From Takakia lepidozioides (lineage: Eukaryota; Plantae; Bryophyta): 64,000 nt of DNA. A program made the position numbers and the translations under genes. The stretch lies in NCBI GenBank assembly GCA_030704615.1, contig CM060731.1, positions 13,702,001 through 13,766,000 of the forward strand, given 5' to 3'. Positions within the stretch are counted from its first letter, which is position 1, and every line of letters starts with the position of its first letter. Shown in pieces: positions 53,160 through 64,000 of the stretch. Below the pieces are notes generated by a model, which saw only the letters and a list, made by a program, of their open reading frames with translations, did no database searches and was not told the origin of the DNA.

Positions 53160-53910
53160 GGAATTAGGTTTTAGGTTATAGAGTTTGCTAGGGTACATTG
53201 AAACATAGTACTTGGTATGAATGGAAAAGAAAATATGGGAAAGTGTACAGATGACTTGGCATCTATGAAAATTTGTTAATGAAATATCCCAACCACAGAT
53301 TGTATCCAAATTTCTATGAGGAATGTGAATCAAACAATGGAGTTTGGTTTAGGGTTTAGGGTTTTAGAAAACTGTAAATGGACAAACAATTATGGAGTTT
53401 GAGTCTTTACCCATACGTAGAACAATTCATGAAATATTATCCCCACCACTTCGACCGTACCCAAAATTGGAAGTAATAAATAAATAAGCATTAAACATTG
53501 AAATTAGGTTTTAGGGTATAGAGTTTGGGTACTAACCATAGTACTCGGTATGAATGGAAAAGAAAATATTGGGAAGGGTACAGATGACTTGTCACCTATG
53601 ATTTAGGGTTTAGGGAATAAAATTTCCCAACCACAGATTGTATCTAATCTATGAAGAATGTGCATCAAACAATGGAGTTACGTTTAAGGGCTTAGGGTTT
53701 AGGGTTTAGAGAACTAAAAATGGACAAACAATTATGGAATGTCAGTCAAAAAATGACAGAAATCTGGGAAAGTGTACAAGTAATTTGTCACCTGAGAAAT
53801 TAGACTTGAATGAAATATCCCAATGGCCATTCTATTATGCCCAACCTTGTAACCCTTGAAGAATGCGCATCAAACATTCGAATTAGGTTTAGGGTATATG
53901 GTTTAAGGTG
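53160..53910. repeat. About 340-bp tandem repeat containing plant telomere-like TTTAGGG units
   Basis: Units start near 53160 and 53500, with a partial third. TTAGGGTTTAGGGTTT-like runs near 53349, 53602, 53693 and 53884. Confidence 0.85.
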
Positions 53911-54604
53911 ATGCCAATGTAAGGACTGAAGGCCCCAGAAGTATTGTCTTTAGAAGGTCCTAATAAGATAAACAGACCCAAGATAAATTGACCTGAGATG
54001 ACACGGAATAACGGGTGGCAAAGCGAGGTTCAGGACTTATTAGTGACGAAGAAAATTGAGAAGAATCTTAAGATAGTCCGAAAAGGCAGTAAAGGAAATG
54101 TAACTCTATACTTGAAGCCAGACTTACAGAAAGCTACTGACGAGTAATGGGAGAAGATTCAGAAGCAGTAATCCGCGAGAAAGCTTGTCCATTGAAGCAA
54201 CAACTTTCACAAAATGTCACGCGGTTTATACTCAGGACATTTTTTAGACCAATCATATTGAGCCCAACAATACGACCATGTGGACCGAGAATGAAGGAGA
54301 TGGGCGAATCTGTTCAGGAGAAGACACTTTGGTGAGAACCAGAGAACCAAAAGAAATGGGTGTAATGTGAGAGAGGAACTGCAAAGAGAAGGAAGCAGTG
54401 ACATCAGGAAAACTAGGAACTCCGGATGATCACTCGAGGTTCCTGAAACGTTACAGAGATGAGGTCCGGAAAAAAGTTGGTGGCTGGCAAAGAAAGTAGA
54501 TTAATATTTGAAAACGTGAAGAGAAACAAATGGAGAGTGGAGGGAAGACATTAGTTTTATTCTTGAAAACATGCCGAGGAGTGAACCTCCACAATATGTC
54601 ATTG

Positions 54605-57600
54605 TCAACCTTGTTCTCCGCCCGAGGTTGCATTGTCTTCATTGTCTGACTGTTGATTGGCCTCATCCAAATTTGCTTGTGCTTTCTCCGCCTCCACCGC
54701 GGTAATTTTCTTAGAGCTATTACGTGTTGTGTTTTTTCTTGCGGGCATTGTCCAAACGATAGAGTTAATGTGAATCCACTGAGGGGGATCACCTGGATTG
54801 AACTCCCAAACTTTGGACCAACAATCTCTGTACCTGTCCAAATCGGAAGGGCTACCTCCTTTCTTGGGTCTCCACCATTCGACGTGAACCTTCTTGAAAT
54901 TCCTGGATCCTCTGTCGCGGACCACATCCGATATTGCCATCCCCATCCAACTGAAAATGTCACAGTATCTACTGGTCGAACCAAGACGAAGAATCCGTTC
55001 TCAATGTCCTTGAACGGATTTAGAGGCTGCTTCGGTCTATCACACCGGGGGCCACAATACGGCTCCATGACTTCATCTTCTTCCGACCAATCATCCTCTG
55101 CATGTATGGATTCCGGCTCTGTGGTGGTTGACAGCCCACTTGGTTGAGGGCCAAAAACCCTCTTTAAGCGCGATTGAATGTCATGATTCTCCAGGAATGG
55201 GAAGATCAAGTTCTGCAAGGATTGCTTCCCAGTATTGATCATATTGTATCATGATGTCACGATAATGATCGTCAAGCAACATCCTCTTCTTCCAGAACTC
55301 CCTGTATTTTTTAATTCCAGTTTTGATAAAAGACTGTTTATCGGATGAGTCATCTCCCACACCCCAAATTGGTGTTTTTTTTACAGCCCTGGGTTGTACT
55401 GCTACAGACAACTTTGGAGATCCATCGGGATTCAACTTTCACATCTTTACCGCACCTTTTTTGGGGAGCCACTCAGAATCAGTAGCAAACTTCTTAAACT
55501 TCATGATAGGCCAACCAACTTCATCTACATAGAATCGAAATACATGCATTTCTGTTTGCCCAACTAAAGCTTTTTTTCCATCGAGAATGCAATCGTCCAC
55601 ATAGGCCTTGAAATCTAGCACCTCTTGAATGATTTGAGGAATAAATTGCAGATCTTGAGAGATCATAAAAAACCTCGTAAGATCGGAGAGAACGTAGGTG
55701 TTGTTTTGCTTTAGCTTTTTCGATAAATAACTTAAGAATCCGTCGATGTCCTCATGGGTATGGCCAACCATGAGAAATCCCATCTGAATCTCCTCAAACA
55801 CTCCTCTCGCAGTTAGGAGCGACAGAAAAGCCAACATCCACCTGTTTTTGTTTTCCTTCACGCAGTTGTCCATCTGTAGGTAGAGTCTTCGCGGAAGTGG
55901 GACTTTACCTTTTTTCTTCTCCTTATCACCGAAAGGTTTCAGGACGTCGAGACACCTCGATTTACCCTTCATGAGAGATTCAAAAAATGAATTCTGAGGT
56001 GGGTGGTCAAAGATGTTACATCTTTCGCGGCAAGAGGGCTTCTCTAGTTGGCGGAGGCATCTGGCTAGAGAGCCAATTGTGAAGTTTGGGTCTCCCGGCC
56101 AGAAGTCAAGAGAGTACTGTCCGTAGGCTCCGTCCCCATGGCCATGGGTGACCATGCCGATTAGCGAGATTGGAAGCTGACCTAAGCCGAGACCATCTTG
56201 TTCGTCGTCTGCAACCTTGGAATAGCTGTTTTCCGATGATCCATCTTGTCATGAATGATGCAGAGGAACTCGGACGGCATCATAGCTGACTCATTCTTCC
56301 AGCTGTGATAGAGTCTCCTGCAAGACTCCTGAAGCCTGAGGTGCTTATCAAGTGCTTTCTTGTGCGAGGCCTATTCATCGCTACGTTTGACCGACTTCTT
56401 GATTAGGTCTTTGAGCATCTCACAGTCAGTGTATTTGGCAAACGTGCTACCACTTTTTCTAACCTCGACATTGGGAAAAATCCGTTGTCTGATTCTGCTG
56501 ACGGCTATTTGGGAGATAGGCTTCAACCCACATATTTTATTCGCTTGCAAGACAGACAGGGGGAAATGAACCTCGCGCGATCACCCGAGCTTTAATAGTG
56601 AGAGGTCTGATACATTGCGTGGAAGCCAAAAAATATAGAATTCGGAAAGTGGTAAAAAGAAGAAGAACTGACCTCATTACACTTCTCACGAATTTTTTTC
56701 CAGTTCAGTTCAGGTGGCAGAACTCGAAGAGTATCTCTCCGTCCGTCTCCAATACAGCGGGTCTTATGAGGCATGAGATCAAAATTTCCGTTTATAATCG
56801 ACATTAAGTTTCCTTCAGCTTGACGAGTTTGTGGACGGGGCCGTTTCACTCCGGAATTCCTGTGCAACGATGTAACCACACCCTCTCTGCTTAGTTTTTT
56901 GTATTCCATGTAGATTGAACGACCGATTCCGTGAATTGTCCACCAAGCTGTCTCACACACATCAACGCCCTCAATGGTTATGTAGGCCTTTGTCGAAAAC
57001 CCGTCGATTCGATGAAGTCTTTTGTGAACATCAAAACCGAGCTCTCTCCGTTCGTCGTAAGAGGATCCCCAATAAGCGGTCCGGATAGCGAGTGTTTTTC
57101 TCCAGTCGAAATATTGGCAACACTGTAAATTGCAACATTGTTTGCTGCTGACTTCTCGAACTGCCTGCAGAGAGAGGCGAGTATTTATCTTTTTGGAATC
57201 GTCTTTTTCGGATTTTTTTTCGGTATGCTGCTTTTTTCACACCTTTCTCGTTGTGACCAATATTTGTTTGTTCCCGGCTATTGATGAAACTATGAAGCTC
57301 ATGTGACAATATCTTGCCACTATCAATCAACCGAGTCTGCGTCAATGGCCAGTTCACGAGACACATGAGATTGGCCGAACCGCCATTCAAAATCCTTGTA
57401 ACGAGCACCCCGACGTGATGTTCTCCAACTTTCTCACAAAGTATCACCTCGTCATGATGACATGCTTGAATTCTGTCCTCGTACAAAGCATTTTGTTCAT
57501 CTCCAAGGAGAATACACAATTTATTTCTCCAACTTTCTCTACCCATAGCAACATCATTATTCGGAGACGGCCTTGACATGTCAGATTCAATTTGTTCATT

Positions 57601-57960
57601 GAATTTTGGATGGTAATCAGCCGCAGATGTCAATTTGACTTCCGAGAACCGATGAACCTCATTGTTGGTGTTGGTGTCAGTCCCAGTATCTTTTTGAATT
57701 TGCACCACATCCCAAACGACAAGTGTTCCGATTGCTTCTCCCAAAGAGTCCGCATCCATGTGTGGATATGGCAACGACACAGAAGAATGTGCCGGATCGC
57801 AAGACACTATAACAACAGATATTGTGGACCCGTTTAGCTGTCGTCTATGGCAACTTCCACAACCAGTCACGTTGAGACATTCTGCTGTTGCGACGATAGA
57901 GTTCGAGCCCTGAAGAGTGAAGAAAACTTGTTGACCAGTTTGGAACAACGACATTTCCAC
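54605..57960 (-). mobile_element. Degenerate Sola-like DDD transposase gene (frameshifts, at least one probable intron)
   Basis: CCNLQCC and VCETAW N-terminal Cys motifs. Putative catalytic triad in IIHDKMD, LYLQMDNCVKENKN and FLMVGHTHEDID. C-terminal VHVEWWRP domain. The superfamily label comes from recalled motifs; no termini were found. Confidence 0.7.
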
Positions 57961-60645
57961 AAACCTCGCGCGATCGCGCGTGTATCCTACAGTAGAGATT
58001 CTGGTGATTAATGATTCGGCACTATATCGATGGACACTAAGAAAGAGTGAAACAATAAGTTACTGAAGTTTGTTTAGAAAAACTGAGGATGAAGATGAAA
58101 ATGAACCTCGCGCGATCGCTTGCGTTTAGGGTTATAATAGAAATTGAAAATAGAACTCGGACTCTCGGATTGTCTACTAGAATGTAAAACGTAGGTCTCT
58201 ATTGGTCAGAACATAAATTTGTAGAAAATTAAAGGATCTGCTAAAGCTACGACCCGAATGCACAACATTGTCTACGACTCCATAACAGAAATAGAACCAC
58301 ATCGACGGGCGTTCGCGCGTGGTTCAGATGGATGAAATGAAAGACGGATGAAACATGTAGTGCGATGATGAAGTACGTAAAATGGTCGGGTGTGTATGTA
58401 AGATCTTTGCATACAGTGGATGGGAACAGAGGAGCAGAGAGACAGAAGAGAAACCCAGATGATGTGGAGAGGCTCTCAATATTGACAGGAGTACAAAGGG
58501 AAGAATGAACGTAAAACAAATAGTCTTGAAGATCAGCGAGCCAGAGCAACTGAGAGGGAAAAAATGGCATGCGTGCACAGGGTAGGCTCTTATACGGATT
58601 GTCAAACAGTATGAGGTCGACGTGTTCACATTACAGAGGTGCGTTTGGAGTGTCATGGATCGACAAATTGTCGCCCTGGATATGCTCTTTCGTGTAATCT
58701 AGTGGCTATTATATGTCCTCCAGAGCATAAATTCAAGTAGGAGTCTGAAATCCACTGAACATTAATGGGTCCCTAAGTTATTGCGTCCAATGCGAATAAC
58801 TAACTGATTCGAGATCTGGAATCTGACATCCAAAGCACCAGAGAAGCAAAAAATCCAATGTTGAATTAATGATACAAGAGAAGGAATAGTCGGCGACGAA
58901 AGTGGCCGCCTCTTAAGGCCATTGTGATGAGCCGGCGGCCATCTATGGCATGGTGACATTAAGTAGCCGCAATGAACGTGGGGCCGTAGATGAGGTGTAG
59001 GTAGAGAAAACGTGAGACCGATCAAATCCCAAATGCACGTCCCCACACCTCATTATTGAACCTATGAATAATATTGTATCATTGGATGAAATAAGAGCCT
59101 TCGTGGATGAAATAGACGTATATTGGATGAGATGACTGCCCTAGTGGATGATTCAACTCCCCTCGTGGATGAGCGCCGTCACGGGAACCCGCAATAATTC
59201 GAGGGTGTTCATTTTATGAAGGCGTCGGATTGCCGCGTCGTAACGCTCTGGACACACTAGTGGAGTCCATTCATTACTGACAGTCATGTCGCATCATTGA
59301 TTGTACCTGCATAAATTTAGGGGTCCTCAGCGAACCGTTGGGAAACATCCCGCCTTTCGTTCATCCATGCATCGAGGCCACAAACCGTACGATGCGACAT
59401 AACGCCGACAGTTGAGATCACAGGTGGTTAGGCATATAAGGAGGAGTGACAGAAAGGAGTCTCCTTTTGCATTCATTTGATACACGCGGAAGCCTTGTTC
59501 AATTTTGGACTCAAGGAAGAGGTGCGAGAGAGAGCGGCTGAGCGAGAGAGGCAAAGAGGTGGAGATCGAGTTAGCGAGAGAGTGAGAGATCGAGGGAGCG
59601 TGAGTTGGAGTGAGTGTGGGTTTGAGCAATTCACTGTGTGCGGGGGAGTGTGACAGAGTAAAAGGAGGGCAAAACAAGAGAATACGCTATCCCGGAAGCT
59701 GTTGTGCGCACCCGAGCGAGAGAGCTCATCACCAGCCTTGCAAGGAGGATCCTTGCCTGAAATGGCATCAAGCACATAAAATGTTTTCCCGTCTTCTTTG
59801 TGCATGCAGTGAGGGATTCTTCTGTGGGCTGTAGAGATTGCAGGAAGATAGAAGTTGCATGCTTGATTGATTGTTTGCTTGATTGTTTGCTTTTTTTGAT
59901 TTTTTTGATTGCTTGTTTTGATTTTTGGATTGATTCCAGAGTTAAAGAGGCAGGATGGTCGATAGAAGGATTGGGAATTGTAGAAGATTTCGGGATACGT
60001 TTTCCTTGAGGAACGACTCCGGATTCGAGACATGAGAAATTATGGGTTCGTAGGTACAGCTGGCAACTGTTTAGGGTTTGCAGCCTATGGTGTAGGCCTC
60101 ATTATAGGTACCATGACACAATCCATTCACGTGCGATCGCGCGTGAACTCATTTTACCATGTATAGGTCTGGATCCCAAACTGTGTTTTTGGCTCGATTT
60201 GGTTATGCACATTATTTCCATGATCTGCATTACGTGCCTCTCGAAGTAGGGATTCCTAGTGATTTCGTAAGCCGTAGAGAAACCTCGCGCGATCGCTTAT
60301 GTTTATTTCAGTGATAGTATTGCGGAACATGGTTTAGGTAGGACTTGGAGCGAGGCCAGTAAACACTTTCATCAAGGGAATGATCTGAACGAAGCACGCG
60401 CGATCGCGCGTGCTTCATTCAGTAAAAGTCATCATCTACATGAGCACTAACCAACAGTAGGTAATACCAAACTGGGTCGAAGAAATCATTCATTAGTAGG
60501 AAAATAAACTCAGTGTTTTCAATTTTAAGGATTTTGCAATTATTGAACCTTGCACAATCGCGCTAATTTGACTCCATAGTTTACTGCATTAGATGAGAAA
60601 TTGAAGATGTGATGCGAAAGAATGCACTGAAGAAGCACGCGCGAT

Positions 60646-61642
60646 TGTTAGAGGGCTGTCTGAGACTTAGACACTTTTATGGGCTCTGTGGGGTACCGTT
60701 AATTTTTGCGCAGACTTACAGATGGTAGACTTAGACCAACAGATGCCTTAGGGGTGATAGCACAGGCTTTAGGGGTGGTAGACAGTCGTACACAGCCTAT
60801 CATAGTCTATCACGGCCATACACAGCCTTACACAGCCCGACACAACCTTACACAGTCTGTCACAGTCAATCACAGCCTATCACAGTTAGTCACAGTCTAT
60901 CACACCTTGACACAGCTTCGCACAGCCAGTCACAGCACGACACAGCTCGACACAGCTTTACACAGCCAGTCACAGCTTGGCACAGTCACAGCCCAACACA
61001 GCTTGGCACAGGCCATCACAGCGTACATAGGGAATGGTTATCATTGGTAGGGAACGACTGTGTGGGAACGACATCTGCAGAGGGAACGTGTTACTTCTTG
61101 GGGTGACAGTTAGTTAGTTAGGCGGTTAGAACAACTTGCATGTAGACGAGGCAGAGCAGCAACGGGGAGAGTTCTTGGTCAGGAGTGGAGGAGATGAAGT
61201 GGAGAGCAGGAACGGAACCAAGGACGGAGAACACGGCGAAGATGGGAAGATGATTGGATTGATGCTTGATTCATGCAAGCTGTAGAGTCGTACTGTTCTC
61301 ACTATGGCTACGGACTGATACTGAACAGAGATTAATATGATACACATTCCTTACCCACACCGTGTAGAGAGAACTGAGTGAAGCTGTGGAATGAATGGTT
61401 GAGCAATCGGAACCTGGTAGATTGCTGAAGCAAACTGTTTCTCAAATATAAACAGTAAGGACGTAATATGCTGATATGAAGGCAAGAAGGAATACAAACA
61501 AAGTAGCACTACCATGATACACCAGATGTAGGTCATGACTGATTGTTCTGAGCGGGCTGAGTGCTTAGAGATATCCAACTCTTCTATTTTGGAGTTCCCT
61601 CCTCGAATAGCGAAGGGATGGGTGAGTAAAAGCCGCTCGACA
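60646..61642 (+). mobile_element. 5' LTR of a second Gypsy element, followed by a PBS
   Basis: Starts TGTTAGAGGGCT and ends AGCCGCTCGACA (imperfect inverted termini, TG...CA). TGGCGACCATACTGGGGA follows at 61645. CACAGC array inside at 60790-61022. Confidence 0.8.
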
Positions 61643-62766
61643 TTTGGCGACCATACTGGGGAACTAAGTTAAGAACAACCAGATGTGACAGGCATCTGGT
61701 GGGATCATGGTGGCTGGAGAATTAAAGAATTTGATGTGAATCAAATTCCCTGTGGAACTGAGAAAGAAAGGTTGTCCAAGCAATTCTTTCAGAGATTCTT
61801 GGAATTGCCAGGTGGTTACCAACACTGGTTTATGTGATAGCGTTGCTATCCATTAAACGAGTGGAGTTTGAAGGCTGGGAGGAACGGAAAGTGAATGTTT
61901 ACACTCATATGCATGAAGAACTTGTACTGGTAAAGAATTGGATTCCCAAGGATATCTTGTGGATCAAACTTACACCAAGAACAACTTTCCAAACGTGTTT
62001 GCATATGGTTATATGGTAACAGAGACTTCTAGTATAGCCAAGGGTGCTTTGAAGCTTGAAAGAAACCCAGGCATATACGAGAGATACTACAGAAGAGAGT
62101 TTTGGTTATTGCCTCATTGAAGATATGAAAGACATGGGACATGAGTGATGAAAGAGAAGCTATACTTCACAGATATTCAGCAAAAAGAGAGAGTTATTTG
62201 AAAGCTAATTATCCATATCTTTGGGAGAGAGGAATAGACGTAGGAGAATCATCTGGACCTCTCACACCATTAAGGTCGAAGAGTACATCACCCATACCGG
62301 AGGAACTAGAGTTGGATGCCACTCCTTCTTATTCCTTACAAGAAATATTAAGGGATTTGGTACAGGAAGAGGATCAACCACGAGGAGAGAGATCTGAGGT
62401 ACATCCCTGGATAAAAGATTTGACATAAATCTTTGATAAGAGTTGGCATGGAACACCAAAAGCAGGAACTCCAGTTTCTGAAGCAGAAGACAAAGAAGGA
62501 GAGGAAGATGTGGCAGAGCCAACGGAGAGTTCGGACTCTCCAACACCATTGCAATTGAGTTACATGAGTGAAGAAGAGGAAAACCAAGAGAAGAACTTGG
62601 AAGATGAAAACAGAGAGAAGAATTTGGAAGATGAAGAGTATGAAGAAGTAGACCCAACAGTTGAGGTTGAGACTACAACCAGGACATCCCAACTTGTTGG
62701 ACCTGGATCAAGTGGAGCACTGGATCACAGGCCAACAAAGGTGTCGGCTCAGGGGGGACAGGGAGT

Positions 62767-64000
62767 GTGGGAAGTAGTGCAACTGGAGCTGGGGATACTG
62801 AGAATACAGTGGGGCCGGTAGTAGGGAGTGCTCAGGGGCCAGCATCTGGTGGAAGATCCACCACTACAACAACAGGTCCTCAAGGACCAGCACAAACAGG
62901 AGGACCAGCACATGTCAATGGGCAGGGTGTAGGGCCACAGATGGCGGTACCTCCAACACGGGCAAAACCACCTTTTCCAATATACGCAAGGAAAGGGGAT
63001 CATGATGTACACATTAGCCAATTTGAGCACATGTGTATTGTGAACAATGAGAATGGCGATGATGCCAAGATGAGACTGTTTCCTTGTTCACTTATCAAGA
63101 AAGCAAGTGAATGGTATGCAAGATTTCCAGATAATCATTTCTTAACCTGGAATGGCCTTAGTACGGCATTCCGGAACAGGTTCAGGACAAGCAAAACTGA
63201 AGATGAAGTGTATGGAAGTTTACAACGGTTAAGGCAAAAGAAGCATGAAATTGTTGAGGAATACATGGAAAAGATGGAGTTAATGATGAAAAGCTGGCTG
63301 CTGTACCAGCGCCAGGGTTACAGAAGACCTGGTTTGTGAGTGGACTAAGACCAGAGTTGCAAAAGAAAGTGGATATGTTACCCCATAATACAGTGGAGGA
63401 GACATTTGAAACAGCCAACATGATTGAGCAATTGGGAATGCTCAGAAGAGATAAAAGGGATGATGAGGACTCTGAGGATGAGTCAGATGTGGAAGAAGAG
63501 CAAGAGCTCAAAAGGAAGAGTAAGAAGAAGGAAAAGTTGAAGAGGGAAAATTATGAGAAAAGACTGGAGGAGATTTTGAAAAAGTATGTTACAGAAGCTG
63601 CAACACATTGGAGGAAGGGTGTTTGGTGTGCAAAATGCCAGAATGGAGGCCATACCACAGCTGAATGTCACATGAAGGAGAAACACTGTACTATCTGTAA
63701 AATGGATAACCATTCTACAAAGAATTGTTATTACAACAGAAGGACAGCTGCAAGAGAACCTAGGCAAGTAAGGGTGCATCAAGTGCAGCCCCAGCCAAGA
63801 AAAAACAATGATCAGGACCACTATGGAAGGCCTGGTGGTTATAACAATGATATGGCAGGGAGAGGTAATCCAAGAGGGAATTACCAAGGCAATTCCAGAG
63901 GCAACTATCAGGGTACTCCAAGGGGGAATTACCAGCCAGGGAATCAGGATTATAGAAACAATCCCAGAGCAGACCAAGGGCGAGGACCCAATGGTGAAGA
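62767..64000 (+). mobile_element. Ty3/Gypsy gag (retrotransposon gag domain plus two zinc knuckles), frameshift near 63300, runs off the window
   Basis: KMRLFPCSLIKKASEWY...TWNGLSTAFRNRF..LRQKKHEIVEEY. Downstream frame gives CAKCQNGGHTTAEC and CTICKMDNHSTKNC. Confidence 0.88.

Noticed and set aside
53340-53710. True telomere or long interstitial telomeric array
   Set aside because: Only 2-3 consecutive TTTAGGG units at a time, embedded in a larger repeat.
53918-54455. TGTAA...TTACA bounded segment as a solo LTR
   Set aside because: Flanks (GCCAA versus GAGAT) are not a TSD and there is no second copy in the window.

Overview
Eukaryotic, repeat-rich nuclear DNA, most likely from a non-seed land plant (inferred from PLS-type PPR fragments, TTTAGGG motifs and a plant-type RAD21 exon structure). 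It holds one recognisable host gene, a multi-exon RAD21/SCC1 cohesin kleisin (32681-40545, +), inside nested transposons. These are three CACTA elements, two Ty3/Gypsy elements, one decayed Ty1/Copia, a Sola-like DDD transposase, LINE fragments, a hAT-type MITE and a giant palindrome. Three observations stand out. (1) The first Gypsy carries what looks like the C-terminal part of a cytosine-5 DNA methyltransferase just before RT. (2) A complete non-autonomous Pack-CACTA (24-bp TIRs, 3-bp TSD) carries a ZNFX1/Hrr1-like RNA helicase fragment joined in frame to PPR repeats, plus an importin-beta fragment. (3) A second CACTA with unrelated termini carries the same PPR-plus-module cargo block. All family assignments come from motifs recognised by eye; no database searches were run. 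Boundaries of degenerate elements are approximate.
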